Counted from the stretch's first letter, positions 48,812-60,149 are shown. The stretch: 64,000 bases of DNA from Chitinophaga pinensis (GCA_945897725.1 CAMDFR010000002.1:70200-134199), one strand, 5' to 3'. Numbers and translations are program-made. Notes: generated by a model from the sequence alone, not told the origin.

Positions 48812-49891
48812 ATGTTTCGAGATTCAGCATACAAACCTTTGGCATTATGGCTAATGATAGGTATCATAATGGTTTTTGTTCAGGTAATTATCGGTGGAAT
48901 TACTAGATTAACAGATTCAGGTTTATCTATTACAGAATGGAAAATTGTGGAAGGTACCTTGCCTCCATTGAACCAAACGGAGTGGGACAAAACCTTTGAT
49001 AATTATAAGGTACATGCAAAAAAACAATACGAAGCATTGCATCCAAATATGGACCTGGCGCAATTTAAGGTGATTTATTTTTGGGAGTATTTTCATAGGT
49101 TGTGGGCAAGGTCAATGGCTATGGTATTCGTAATTGGGTTTACTTTCTTTCTGCTTGCAAGGAAAATATCAAAAAACCTTTTAGGTCAGCTTCTCCTTGT
49201 GATAGCATTGGCCTCTCTAGAAGGCTTGTTTGGTTGGATTATGGTTTCTAGCGGATTAAATGAAGATAGTCGAACATGGGTTAGTGCCTATAAACTTATC
49301 ATACATCTGATGATTGCCACACTACTTTTTTCCTACTTGTGCTGGACTTTTATCTCCTACACAACTAAAGAAACGATGCAATTCTCTATCTCAAAAAAGA
49401 CCAAACAGCTTGCATGGTCATTGCTTCCTGTTGCCTTGCTTCAAATTTTGTTAGGTGGATTAATGGCTGGTATGCGCGCTGGAGTTGTGTTGCCTTATTT
49501 TCCCATATGGTTGCACTTAGATAGAGTAATACTAGGATTGAATCAAACGTTTGTGTGGAACACAGAAAATCTTCTAAATTATGAGCCATCTGTTTATATA
49601 AAGATGATGGTGCAATTGTTGCATCGGGCTACTGCATTGTTACTAACTGTTCAAGTTATTCTTCTTTATTTACTTCTTAAAAAAACAGAAATCTCTTTGA
49701 CGATGAAAAAGGGAAGTCTCACTTTATTAGCCTTGATTTTTGTTCAATTAATCTTGGGCGTGCTTACAGTTATTGGATGTAACAATAAAACGCCCGTTGT
49801 CTTAGGAGTTATGCATCAGGCAACGGCACTCGTTTTTTTAGCCTCTCTTGTTTTTGTTTTGTTTAAAGTTAAAACAAGCCCTAGTCGTTAG
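48812..49891 (+). CDS. ctaA: Heme A synthase (COX15/CtaA)
   Basis: GGITRLTDSGLSITEW, FWEYFHRL, GWIMVSSGL, and the LHR and MHQ histidines. Confidence 0.93.
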   Translation: MFRDSAYKPLALWLMIGIIMVFVQVIIGGITRLTDSGLSITEWKIVEGTLPPLNQTEWDKTFDNYKVHAKKQYEALHPNMDLAQFKVIYFWEYFHRLWARSMAMVFVIGFTFFLLARKISKNLLGQLLLVIALASLEGLFGWIMVSSGLNEDSRTWVSAYKLIIHLMIATLLFSYLCWTFISYTTKETMQFSISKKTKQLAWSLLPVALLQILLGGLMAGMRAGVVLPYFPIWLHLDRVILGLNQTFVWNTENLLNYEPSVYIKMMVQLLHRATALLLTVQVILLYLLLKKTEISLTMKKGSLTLLALIFVQLILGVLTVIGCNNKTPVVLGVMHQATALVFLASLVFVLFKVKTSPSR

Positions 49892-49977
49892 GTATTTATA
49901 GCGATTATACTACTGTTACCGAAGAATCAATCTCACAAAAAAAGAAATGAATTGGTTAATAAATGCGTTAGTATTAC

Positions 49978-50661
49978 ATGGTGATTAAATTTTTTATAAA
50001 ATTATCATTTCTGCTGTTTATGAGTCATGTGCTTGTTGCTCAGAGTCCAAGTGCGGAAAACCTTGTCTCAACTAGTTCAGATGAAATGTGGACTAAAGAC
50101 CAGTTCAGATTATTTTTAGTAGAATCAGATTCTTCTTTCTCATTTACAAAAAATGACGAGCCATTGATTGATTATATCAACGGTAAGTGGCTAGAGAAAG
50201 AGGATACTTTCTTTTTTTTTAGCAATGACTCCTATCGTCTATTGTATTTTACCATAATTAGAGGCGACAGTATCCATCGAAAAGTCGTTCACGTTGATCC
50301 AAGAATTTATGATTCTTATCAAGGAAAATTTCCTAGTTACCTTTATTTAAATAAATCCTTTTATCCAAATGGAGCCATCCATAAAGTCTATGATTTTATC
50401 CGAAATGGAGACCTTAGTGAAGACCCAGAAGAGCTAAAAATCCAATGTTTTACCGAGAAAGGTAGTATAGGATATACTTTAACAATTAACTTGAAACTAA
50501 ACGATGCAGTATATATAGAATACCTTCAAAACGAACATGTATATCCCAAGGAATTGGTTTACGGTAGATACAAAAACGGAATTAGAAAGGGACTTTGGTA
50601 CTTTAACGAGTATGATGTTAATGGAAATAAAAGGCTCAAGACCACAAAGATTAAGTATTAG
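49978..50661 (+). CDS. Hypothetical exported protein
   Basis: 227-aa ORF with signal peptide; weak MORN-like fragments (YPNG, GRYKNGIRKGLW). Confidence 0.6.
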   Translation: MVIKFFIKLSFLLFMSHVLVAQSPSAENLVSTSSDEMWTKDQFRLFLVESDSSFSFTKNDEPLIDYINGKWLEKEDTFFFFSNDSYRLLYFTIIRGDSIHRKVVHVDPRIYDSYQGKFPSYLYLNKSFYPNGAIHKVYDFIRNGDLSEDPEELKIQCFTEKGSIGYTLTINLKLNDAVYIEYLQNEHVYPKELVYGRYKNGIRKGLWYFNEYDVNGNKRLKTTKIKY

Positions 50662-50734
50662 TGCTTCCGGCTAACGGCTAATATAAATTCTTCCTTCTTC
50701 TCATTAAGAATTAGTTTTGAAGCATCAAAAATAA

Positions 50735-51370
50735 ATGGCTAAATTGAAATTTTATACAGTTTGGAAAGGCTTAAATACTGGTGTTTTTAGTAGTTGGGCT
50801 GATTGTCAAAAGCAGATAAAAGGAGTTGAAGGGGCTCAATACAAATCTTTTCCAACTAGAGCAACAGCAGAATATGCATTGAGTAAAAGCTATTGGGATT
50901 ATGTTACAAAGGTGTCACATTCGCCTAAATCTTCCGTTCAATCCCAGGGCTCTCTTTCAACCAAAATCATATCTGATAGTATCTGTGTTGATGCCGCATG
51001 CAGCGGAAATCCTGGTGTAATGGAGTATCGATGCGTAGAAACTAGTACTAAAAAGGAAATTTTCGCTTCACCAAAATATGAAGACGCCACCAACAATATA
51101 GGAGAATTTCTAGGCTTGGTACACGCACTTGCACTTTGTAAGAAGAAGAATGTAGACATTGTTATCTATACAGACAGCAAAACTGCCATTTCATGGGTAA
51201 AGAATAAGAAGGTAAAAACAAGTTTGTCACCAACGTCAAAAAATAAAGTTGTTTTTGATTTGATTGATCGAGCAATCTATTGGCTCAAATCGAATGATTT
51301 TAACAATCAAATCATCAAGTGGGAAACGGAAAAATGGGGAGAAATTCCTGCAGATTATGGACGAAAGTGA
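50735..51370 (+). CDS. rnhA: Ribonuclease HI with an N-terminal hybrid-binding (viroplasmin-like) domain
   Basis: FYTVWKG...GVFSSWADC...GAQYKSF, then VDAACSGNPG, TNNIGEFL, YTDS and WGEIPADYGRK. Confidence 0.92.
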   Translation: MAKLKFYTVWKGLNTGVFSSWADCQKQIKGVEGAQYKSFPTRATAEYALSKSYWDYVTKVSHSPKSSVQSQGSLSTKIISDSICVDAACSGNPGVMEYRCVETSTKKEIFASPKYEDATNNIGEFLGLVHALALCKKKNVDIVIYTDSKTAISWVKNKKVKTSLSPTSKNKVVFDLIDRAIYWLKSNDFNNQIIKWETEKWGEIPADYGRK

Positions 51371-51506
51371 TGCCAATCAAACGTAGCCTCCTTTTTTTTA
51401 TAAAATCTTTGGTTAAATCGCATATAATTACACTTCAGTTTAATATAAAGTATTAATTTAGCCCACTTTTGTAGAATAAAATTGGAGGTTTGAACCCAAA
51501 AAATAT

Positions 51507-52115
51507 ATGATGCATTTTATCAAAGGAGAATTAGTATCTATACATCCTGCATATGTCGTTGTTGAAACAAATCAGATAGGTTACGGTCTGCATATTAGTT
51601 TGAATACTTTTACAGCAATTCAACATGAAAAATTAGTGAAGCTTTTTACACACCTGCATGTAAAAAACGAAGGAAATAACGTAACAGGTATCGAACTTTT
51701 TGGTTTTTATGAAGAAGAAGAAAAAGAGATCTTCCTTAAGTTGACTTCGGTTTCAGGAATTGGAGTAAACACCGCACGCATGATGCTTTCAAGCCTAACG
51801 GCCTCTGAAGTTGAAAGAGCAATTCTACAAGGAAACGTAGCCCTTATTCAAAGCATTAAAGGGATTGGGCCTAAAACAGCCCAAAGAGCTATTCTAGAAT
51901 TGAAGGACAAGATTGGCGGAACTACATCCTCAACAGGCGCAGGGACTGCTCATTTGCAGCAAAAAATGACTATTCAAGATGAAGCACTTCAAGCTTTGGT
52001 TTCCTTAGGAATTGGTAAACCATTGGCAGAAAAGGCAATTGGAAAATTAATAAATAGCGGCGACACTCCTTTAACAGTGGAAGAATTAATTAAAAAGGCA
52101 TTAAAAGCATTATAA
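51507..52115 (+). CDS. ruvA: Holliday junction branch migration protein RuvA
   Basis: VSGIG, IKGIGPKTAQRAILELKDK and EALQALVSLG. Confidence 0.96.
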   Translation: MMHFIKGELVSIHPAYVVVETNQIGYGLHISLNTFTAIQHEKLVKLFTHLHVKNEGNNVTGIELFGFYEEEEKEIFLKLTSVSGIGVNTARMMLSSLTASEVERAILQGNVALIQSIKGIGPKTAQRAILELKDKIGGTTSSTGAGTAHLQQKMTIQDEALQALVSLGIGKPLAEKAIGKLINSGDTPLTVEELIKKALKAL

Positions 52116-52185
52116 TTGAACAATTAGTTTTTAAAATAATCGTTAATCAACCAAAGAAAAGTAGAGTTCTGATTTGGACAATCAT

Positions 52186-55100
52186 ATGATACGTAATATA
52201 ATTATAGTTGCTGTTTTAGGTTTTGTTTTTTGGAGCAGTGCCTATTCGAGCTCTTTTATACCAGCACCAGACTCCTTAAAGTATCCACTTAAAGATCGTT
52301 TGGGTGATTTTGTGACTGATCCATCTAAAAATTCAGTAGATCTGAACGACCCTTCGAATATTGTTCGTTCCATTGAATATGATCCTGAAACAAACACATA
52401 TGTTATCTATGAAAAAATTGGGGGTATTGACTATCGCCCACCTATGTATTTGACCTACCAGGAATACGTAAAATATGTGGAACAACAACAAAAAAGTGAC
52501 TATATTAAAAGCAGAAACGCGGGTATAAATCTTGTTGAAAAAAAGGGTTTGATACCACCTATTGACACCAAATCAAAATTGGCAGATAGGCTCTTCGGAA
52601 ATACGACCGTTGACATCAGGCCTTCAGGAAATATAGAACTTACACTTGGTGGTAATAGAACAAAGATTGCCAATCCAACACTGCCAGTCAGAAATCAAAA
52701 GAATGGGGGATTTGACTTTGACATGAATATGAACATTAATGTCATCGGTAAAATCGGGAACAAACTTCAGCTTAATCTAGGTTATAATACACAAGGTGGA
52801 TTTAGTTTTGGTAGTGATATTAACAACTTAATCAAACTTCAATATTCAGGAGAAGAAGATGATATTATCCAGGAATTAGCAGCCGGAACCGTTTCCTTAC
52901 CACTGCCCACTCAATTGATTACTAGCACCCAGGCAATGTTTGGTTTTAAGGCTAAGCTTAGGTTTGGACGTCTTACAACATCTGTTTTGATGGCGCAACA
53001 AAAATCAAAAAAAGAAAGTATAACAATTGATAATGGGGTGCAAATTCAGAAATTTGAAATTTCTACCGACCGTTACGATGCCAATAGGCATTTCTTCTTG
53101 TCACAGTATTTTAGGGATAATTATGATAAGGCAATGGCCAACTTGCCGAACATTCAATCTATTGTTAACGTTAATAGGATAGAAGTATGGGTAACCAATA
53201 GAAACGGAGCTACAACCAACGTTAGAGATGTTGTCGGTTTCATGGATTTAGGTGAAAAGGACCCTTATTCCGATTTAATTCATGGCAACTCATCACTCAG
53301 TTTGCCGTCAAATCAAACCAATGATTTGTATAGCCAATTAACTGGAGGAGGTCCGGCGGTATCCTTAGAAAACAGAAGTATCAGTAATGTCACACCATTC
53401 ATTCAAGGAAGTCTAGGGCTTACTCCAGTTCAGGATTATGAGAAAGTATATGCCAGGAAATTACAACCAAGTGAGTACACTTTTGATCCGCTATTAGGAT
53501 ATGTTTCATTAAACAATGTATTGAATCCAAATGAGGTATTAGCCGTTGCCTACGAGTATACCATCAATGGTCAAAAATATCAAGTAGGTGAGTTTGCAAC
53601 ACAGGTATTGGGCGATTCTAATGATTTGAGTAAGGTCCTTTATCTAAAATTATTAAAAGCTACATCTGCTCGTCCTACTTTACCCATATGGAATTTAATG
53701 ATGAAGAATATCTATTCTCTTGGTGCTTACCAAGTGAGCAATGAGGATTTTTTCTTGGATATTTACTATAATGATCCGGGCAATGGTCTTAAAAGATATT
53801 TACCTAAAGGTAATATCCAAGGTAAACAATTGATAAGACTTCTAAATTTAGATAATCTAAATAACCAAGGTGATGCACAGCCGGATGGGGTATTTGACTT
53901 TTTAAATGGAATCACCATTAAGCCACAAAATGGAAGAATTATTTTCCCTATGGTGGAGCCTTTTGGTAGTTTTTTACAAAAGAAATTTGAGGAAAATGGT
54001 GATGCAGCCATTGCCCCAAATTATGTTTACAATCAACTTTATGACTCTACACAGGTTATTGCTTCTCAATATCCCGAGTACAATCGTTTTGTTATCAAGG
54101 GTAGTTACAAATCATCTGGAGGTGGAGACATTAACTTAAATGCTTTTAATATACCTGCCGGTTCGGTGATCGTCACATCAGGTGGTATCCGTTTAACAGA
54201 AGGCGTTGATTATACTGTTGATTATAATTTGGGTCGTGTAAAAATCATCAATGAATCAATAGCAAAATCTGGAAACCAGATAAAAATTGATTTTGAAAAC
54301 GGAGCACAATTTGCTGCGCAACAGAAGGCAGTATATGGCGCTAGATTTGATTATCGCGTTAGTGAAAAATTGAATTTTGGAGCTACAGTACTTCATATGT
54401 CTGAAAGGCCATTCACCCAAAAGGTGAACTTAGGTGAAGACCCAATTAGAAATACCATGTTAGGTTTTGATGTGAAATATAACACAGATGTACCATGGCT
54501 AACCAAAGCATTAGACAAACTACCTATTTATTCTACGAAAGATATGTCAACCTTTACTTTCTATGGTGAGGTGGCTAGATTACAACCAGGTCATTCAAAG
54601 GTGATAGGCAAGAATGGAAATATTTATATTGATGATTTCGAGGGTTCAAGTAATGGTTACGATATCAGACAACCTGTCCAATCATGGAGACTTGCTAGCA
54701 CGCCTCGTGGCTCCAGAGATGTTAATGGCAGGGTGATGTTTCCAGAGTCAGATCGTTTCGATTCCTTGTATAATTTCAATAGAGCAAAATTAAACTGGTA
54801 CAACATTGATCCTTGTTTCAATCAAAGCCAATCGTGTACACCTCAATACATCAAGGATAATCCAGTTCAATATATCGATCATTATACGCGTCAAATTTTG
54901 CAGTCAGAAGTATTTCCAAATAGATCAAATAACCTGGTAAACAATACGCTTCAGACCTTTGACCTCACTTTTGATCCAAGAACGCGAGGCCCTTACAACT
55001 ATGAATCTAAACTTTTTGCAAATGCATTTTCTTATGGAATAGATGACTCGGGTTATTTAAATAATCCAAAAACACGTTGGGGTGGCATCATGCGAAGCCT

Positions 55101-58100
55101 AGATAATACAGACTTTGAGGCATCCAATGTAGAGTACGTGGAATTTTGGGTGTTAGATCCATTTATCGGAGATAGGAATGTGACAAGAGCTGGGGAATTA
55201 TATCTTAATCTCGGAACAATCTCAGAAGATATCCTAAAAGATTCAAGACTTCTTTATGAAAATGGACTAGAATGTGACACAACACAGAACGATAGAACCA
55301 CTTATGGGCAAGTACCTCGATTGGCTCCTATCGTTAATGCATTTAATAATGATCCTAATATAAGAAAGTGTCAGGATGTTGGTTATGATGGATTAGGAGA
55401 TGAACTTGAAAAAAGTAGAAGGAATGATTTCTTAGCGAATATAAGGGCTTCTGTTACATCAAATCTCTTTGAAGTTGCTAGATTAGAAGATGACCCAGCT
55501 AGCGATGATTATAAGTTCTTTAAAGATGCAACTTACGATGATAATTCGGCTCAGATTATAACACACTATTCAAGTTATAATGGACCAGAAGGCAATTCGC
55601 CAGTGGTTACCGGTGATAGCTCTTTTTCAAATGCAGCGACAAATACACCTGACCTAGAAGATTTGAATAGAGATAATACGCTAAACGAAAACGAAGAATA
55701 TTACGAATACAGAATACCAATTTTTCCAGGAATGGATGAGAACAATAATAAGTATATTATTTCTCGTGTTGTCAATACCTCTGCAACAGTGGCATTCGGC
55801 TCTACGAATCTTGAATTGCCAGAATATACTTGGTATCAGTTCAGAATTCCAATTAGAGAATACGATGAAAAGGTTGGTAATATTCAGGATTTTCGTTCCA
55901 TACAATTCGTGCGTTTATTCTTAACAGATTTTGAGAAGCCATTAACGCTTCGGTTTGCAAAGTTTGAATTGATAAGAAACCAATGGAGAGTTTATGATGG
56001 TGTTTTAAAGAATGGAACGGATGCTAATCCAATTGATCCTGATAAAAACACTACCTTCTTCCAAACAGCCGTGAATATTGAAGAAAACAGTGAGAAATTA
56101 CCTGTTAACTATGTCTTGCCACCAAACATTTCACGAGAAAATGGCATTGGTCAAAACGCAAATACCACCATTCAACTAAACGAGCAAGCACTCGCCGTAA
56201 AAGCATGCAATTTGCTTGATGGTGACTCACGTGCATTATTTAAAAACATTGATTTGGATATCAGAAATTACAAGAGACTGCAGATGACAATACATGCGGA
56301 AGAGTCAGCTCCAATTGTTGTTGATAATGATGTAACAAGTTTTATCAGATTAGGAACAGACTTTAAAGACAACTATTATCAATACGAAGTGCCTTTAAAG
56401 ATTACCCCTGCATTAGTGCCACCAGCAGTGTATAATAATGAGAATCTGGCAGACAGAGAAATTGTTTGGCCATCAGAAAACGATGTAGATATTGCTTTAT
56501 CTGTATTCACTGATTTAAAACAAGAACGAAACGAAAAAGGGATTCCACTAACAGTACCTTATTCAAAAAGGGATGATCAAGGAAGACTGTTAACTATCAT
56601 AGGAAACCCTGATTTAGGCATGGTAGCAACTATGATGCTAGGTATCAAAAATCCATCTTCTAGCGATCCATTAAATCCCAAAGGTGATGCTGGAGATGAT
56701 GGTTCGGCTAAGTGTTCGGAAATTTGGTTTAATGAACTTAGGTTAAGTGGACTTGACGAAACTGGTGGTACCGCTACACTTGCCACCGTTAATGTAAAAT
56801 TAGCCGACTTAGGAAACGTTTCATTGGCCACTAAATATCATTCTATAGGGTTTGGGCAAATTGAGCAAAAAGTAGACCAGCGGTTTAGAGATGAGTATGT
56901 CGATTACGATTTTACTTCTAGCATAGAGCTAGGAAAGTTCATTCCAAAAAAAGCAGGATTTAGAATTCCTTTTTATGGCTCTTATGCTCAGAAATTTAGT
57001 ACGCCTCAATATGACCCATACCAGTTAGATATTAAAACAAAAGAACAGTCAGCTCGTTATAAAACAAGTGGTGGCGACACCCTTAAAAATTATAGAGAGT
57101 CCATTCAAACAATCGAAACGAGAAGAGGATTTAATTTCACGAATATCCGAATCGTGCCTCAAAGCAAGAAGAAAAAATTATGGCCATGGAGCCCAAACAA
57201 CTTTACTTTCACCTATGCATTTAGCGAAGTTTATAAGAGTGATCCATTTACAGAATATAATGGTACAAAGAACTATTTAGGAGCGTTCGGATATAATTAT
57301 TCCCCACAACCTAAGTTCATTTATCCTTTCAAGAAAGCAATTAAGAGTAGCAAAAAATGGTGGGATCTTATCAAGGATATTAATATAAATCTCATTCCAA
57401 GCACACTTTCTTTTAATACAGATGTGAATAGACGATTCGGTGAATTGAGGCTTAGGGTGATAGGTAGTGAGGAATTTCCAATTGCACCAACCTATAATAA
57501 GTTCTTTACGTGGAACAGAAATTATGTGTTCAGATGGAGTCCATTCAAATCGGTGAACTTGGATTATAATGCTACTAATAATGCAAGAATAGACGAACCA
57601 AATGGTAAGATTGATAGCAAGGAAAAGAGAAAAGAAATTTGGGATAATGTACTCGCTTTTGGTAGAAATACAAATTATACACAGTCTTTAACTGCCTCTT
57701 ACAATTTGCCAATTAATAAAATTCCTTTGTTAGATTGGGTGCAAGTAAGAAGTAGTTATGCAACAAGCTATACGTGGACAGCATCTCCTTTATTGCGCGA
57801 TAAGTTGACAGATGAGTTTAAACCAAATACCCTTGGAAATGTGATCAATAATTCTCAAAACATTAGTCTAAATGGTGATTTCAATATCAAAAGACTATAT
57901 GATAAATTACCATTCTTAAAAGCATACAATAATCCGAATCCAAATCAAGGAGACGCAAAAAAAAGAAAGGCTGCTGATGACATTATAACCAAGGCAAGAG
58001 AGAAGATTCAGACACAGATTGAAAAAGCACAAAAGGACCTCAACAAGTATAAAGAAACCATAAGAGATATAAAAGAAAATACTAAGAAAACGAAAGAGGA

Positions 58101-59649
58101 AAAAGCAATAGAAATTTCTGTTGTTAAAAAACAAATCAACGATAAAAAGAAGGCAATTCGTAAACTAAAGAAAGACCTCTATGCCAAACAAAAATCTGAG
58201 ATTCCTGGCGTTGCATTACTCATTGAACCGCTTCTTGCACTTAAAAAAGTAAGCGTTACATATAGTGAGAATAGAGCCACAACAGTAAGTGGATTCATGA
58301 ACACTCCCAGAGCTCTTGGAGTAAGTAATGTCAATAGTCCTGGCTATGACTTTGCTTTTGGTAAACAACCAGGTATGTCACCGTTTAAAAATATTAGTTC
58401 TGCAGAAAGGAATAATTGGTTAGATGACGCAGCAGAAAAAGGTTGGATAAGCACAGATACCTTATTAAACAGACCTTTTATTCAAACGTTTGCTCAAACC
58501 TTTAATGTAAAAGCAAATTTTGAACCTTGGCGGGATATAAAAATTGATTTAGAATGGAACAAATCATACACCATCAATCATTCGCAAATGTTTAAGAAAG
58601 AGAATTCTACAGATCCTTTCGAACATTTTTTTCCAAAGGATATGGGAACCTATTCAATAACTACCATTCCAATAAAAGGACTATTCAAGAAATTTGACGA
58701 AACTTTTAATTCAGAACTTTACAAAAATTTTGAAGCGAATAGACCGATTGTTTCAACAAGAATTAGTAAAGAAAATCCTAATGCTGATCCGAATAGTGAA
58801 TACGTAAATCCAGACGGCACCATCAATTCTAATTATAAAAATGGTTATGGACCAAAATCACAAGAGGTATTAATTCCTGCTTTTTTAGCAGCCTATATGG
58901 GTAAGGATGTAAATAAAGTGAAATTAAATCCTTTCAAAAACACACCATTACCCAACTGGAGACTAACCTATAGTGGTTTAACAAATTTTGCATGGGCAAA
59001 GAAAATTTTTGCTAGTTTTAGTTTAACACATGCCTACTCAAGCACCATGAACATCAATAGTTTTGAATCTAACTTTGATTATGTAGGAGATGGTAATTAT
59101 GCCAACTCAGAATCTATTGATACCTTAAACAATAACTATTTTTCTTTATATAGAATGCCAAATATTGTTATCAATGAGGCATTCCAACCATTGATTGGCG
59201 TCAATATGTCGTTTAAAAATAACCTGACGATGAGCTTCGATTTTAAGAAGTCTAGAATTGTTACGATGTCATTTGCAGATTATCAATTGAATGAAATAAA
59301 ATCTACTGCATATACCTTTGGATTGGGCTACAAAATAAGAGGACTTAAAATACCGATTAAGATCAAAGGAAAGCCACTGAAATTGGAAAATGATTTAAAC
59401 TTTAAATTAGATTTCTCATATCGAGATAATATTACCGTTACCAGCAGAATAGATCAAGGAATTCATGAGCCAACCACCGGAAGTAAAATCATCTCTTTTC
59501 TACCTTCTATCGATTATACGGTTAGTAAGAGAATCAATGTTAGAGTGTTTTTTGATTGGAGTCGAACAAAGCCTTACACTTCAGCTTCTTACCCAATTAC
59601 AACAGCAAGAGGGGGGATAACATTAAAATTGTCTTTAAATCCAAACTAA
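52186..59649 (+). CDS. sprA: T9SS outer-membrane translocon SprA
   Basis: About 2,490 aa with FDFDMN, YDANRHFFL, RIEVWVTN, LMMKNIY, YIDDFEG, WGGIMR and WFNELRL; ruvA-sprA-gcvH-vanZ synteny. Start at 52186 (ATG) or 52174 (TTG). Confidence 0.95.
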   Translation: MIRNIIIVAVLGFVFWSSAYSSSFIPAPDSLKYPLKDRLGDFVTDPSKNSVDLNDPSNIVRSIEYDPETNTYVIYEKIGGIDYRPPMYLTYQEYVKYVEQQQKSDYIKSRNAGINLVEKKGLIPPIDTKSKLADRLFGNTTVDIRPSGNIELTLGGNRTKIANPTLPVRNQKNGGFDFDMNMNINVIGKIGNKLQLNLGYNTQGGFSFGSDINNLIKLQYSGEEDDIIQELAAGTVSLPLPTQLITSTQAMFGFKAKLRFGRLTTSVLMAQQKSKKESITIDNGVQIQKFEISTDRYDANRHFFLSQYFRDNYDKAMANLPNIQSIVNVNRIEVWVTNRNGATTNVRDVVGFMDLGEKDPYSDLIHGNSSLSLPSNQTNDLYSQLTGGGPAVSLENRSISNVTPFIQGSLGLTPVQDYEKVYARKLQPSEYTFDPLLGYVSLNNVLNPNEVLAVAYEYTINGQKYQVGEFATQVLGDSNDLSKVLYLKLLKATSARPTLPIWNLMMKNIYSLGAYQVSNEDFFLDIYYNDPGNGLKRYLPKGNIQGKQLIRLLNLDNLNNQGDAQPDGVFDFLNGITIKPQNGRIIFPMVEPFGSFLQKKFEENGDAAIAPNYVYNQLYDSTQVIASQYPEYNRFVIKGSYKSSGGGDINLNAFNIPAGSVIVTSGGIRLTEGVDYTVDYNLGRVKIINESIAKSGNQIKIDFENGAQFAAQQKAVYGARFDYRVSEKLNFGATVLHMSERPFTQKVNLGEDPIRNTMLGFDVKYNTDVPWLTKALDKLPIYSTKDMSTFTFYGEVARLQPGHSKVIGKNGNIYIDDFEGSSNGYDIRQPVQSWRLASTPRGSRDVNGRVMFPESDRFDSLYNFNRAKLNWYNIDPCFNQSQSCTPQYIKDNPVQYIDHYTRQILQSEVFPNRSNNLVNNTLQTFDLTFDPRTRGPYNYESKLFANAFSYGIDDSGYLNNPKTRWGGIMRSLDNTDFEASNVEYVEFWVLDPFIGDRNVTRAGELYLNLGTISEDILKDSRLLYENGLECDTTQNDRTTYGQVPRLAPIVNAFNNDPNIRKCQDVGYDGLGDELEKSRRNDFLANIRASVTSNLFEVARLEDDPASDDYKFFKDATYDDNSAQIITHYSSYNGPEGNSPVVTGDSSFSNAATNTPDLEDLNRDNTLNENEEYYEYRIPIFPGMDENNNKYIISRVVNTSATVAFGSTNLELPEYTWYQFRIPIREYDEKVGNIQDFRSIQFVRLFLTDFEKPLTLRFAKFELIRNQWRVYDGVLKNGTDANPIDPDKNTTFFQTAVNIEENSEKLPVNYVLPPNISRENGIGQNANTTIQLNEQALAVKACNLLDGDSRALFKNIDLDIRNYKRLQMTIHAEESAPIVVDNDVTSFIRLGTDFKDNYYQYEVPLKITPALVPPAVYNNENLADREIVWPSENDVDIALSVFTDLKQERNEKGIPLTVPYSKRDDQGRLLTIIGNPDLGMVATMMLGIKNPSSSDPLNPKGDAGDDGSAKCSEIWFNELRLSGLDETGGTATLATVNVKLADLGNVSLATKYHSIGFGQIEQKVDQRFRDEYVDYDFTSSIELGKFIPKKAGFRIPFYGSYAQKFSTPQYDPYQLDIKTKEQSARYKTSGGDTLKNYRESIQTIETRRGFNFTNIRIVPQSKKKKLWPWSPNNFTFTYAFSEVYKSDPFTEYNGTKNYLGAFGYNYSPQPKFIYPFKKAIKSSKKWWDLIKDININLIPSTLSFNTDVNRRFGELRLRVIGSEEFPIAPTYNKFFTWNRNYVFRWSPFKSVNLDYNATNNARIDEPNGKIDSKEKRKEIWDNVLAFGRNTNYTQSLTASYNLPINKIPLLDWVQVRSSYATSYTWTASPLLRDKLTDEFKPNTLGNVINNSQNISLNGDFNIKRLYDKLPFLKAYNNPNPNQGDAKKRKAADDIITKAREKIQTQIEKAQKDLNKYKETIRDIKENTKKTKEEKAIEISVVKKQINDKKKAIRKLKKDLYAKQKSEIPGVALLIEPLLALKKVSVTYSENRATTVSGFMNTPRALGVSNVNSPGYDFAFGKQPGMSPFKNISSAERNNWLDDAAEKGWISTDTLLNRPFIQTFAQTFNVKANFEPWRDIKIDLEWNKSYTINHSQMFKKENSTDPFEHFFPKDMGTYSITTIPIKGLFKKFDETFNSELYKNFEANRPIVSTRISKENPNADPNSEYVNPDGTINSNYKNGYGPKSQEVLIPAFLAAYMGKDVNKVKLNPFKNTPLPNWRLTYSGLTNFAWAKKIFASFSLTHAYSSTMNINSFESNFDYVGDGNYANSESIDTLNNNYFSLYRMPNIVINEAFQPLIGVNMSFKNNLTMSFDFKKSRIVTMSFADYQLNEIKSTAYTFGLGYKIRGLKIPIKIKGKPLKLENDLNFKLDFSYRDNITVTSRIDQGIHEPTTGSKIISFLPSIDYTVSKRINVRVFFDWSRTKPYTSASYPITTARGGITLKLSLNPN

Positions 59650-59756
59650 CTAAACTTTATCAATCAATAGGTTTTTATACCTGATACTCCTTAGATTTCT
59701 TAAAAAAAACTATCTTTGTAAAATAAACTATTTATTAAAATAAAAATTTTCACTTT

Positions 59757-60131
59757 ATGAATTTTCCAGCAGAACTAAAATATACAAAAGAGCACGAATG
59801 GGTTAGAATTGAAGGCAATACAGCTTACATAGGGATAACTGATTTTGCTCAGAAAGAGTTGGGCGACATTGTTTATGTTGATGTTACAACGTTAGGCGAG
59901 AGTGTTGCCACAGATGATGTTTTTGGCTCGGTAGAAGCAGTTAAAACAGTTTCTGACTTGTTTATGCCAGTGGCTGGAAAAGTACTAGCAACAAATCCAG
60001 AATTAGATGTTAATCCTGAGCTTGTCAATAAAGATCCATACGGAAAAGGATGGATGATCAAGATAGAATTAGAAGGAGACGTTTCCGGCTTAATGGATGC
60101 TGAAACCTACAAGGCACAAATAGGCGCATAG
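59757..60131 (+). CDS. gcvH: Glycine cleavage system H protein
   Basis: [28 protein letters not shown] (lipoyl-Lys) and PYGKGW. Confidence 0.97.
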   Translation: MNFPAELKYTKEHEWVRIEGNTAYIGITDFAQKELGDIVYVDVTTLGESVATDDVFGSVEAVKTVSDLFMPVAGKVLATNPELDVNPELVNKDPYGKGWMIKIELEGDVSGLMDAETYKAQIGA

Positions 60132-60149
60132 AATATTGCTGATAGAATC

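Noticed and set aside
47715-50661. tRNA-Phe as the integration site of a genomic island
   Set aside because: No integrase, no duplicated tRNA 3' end noticed, and the downstream genes look like ordinary chromosomal genes.
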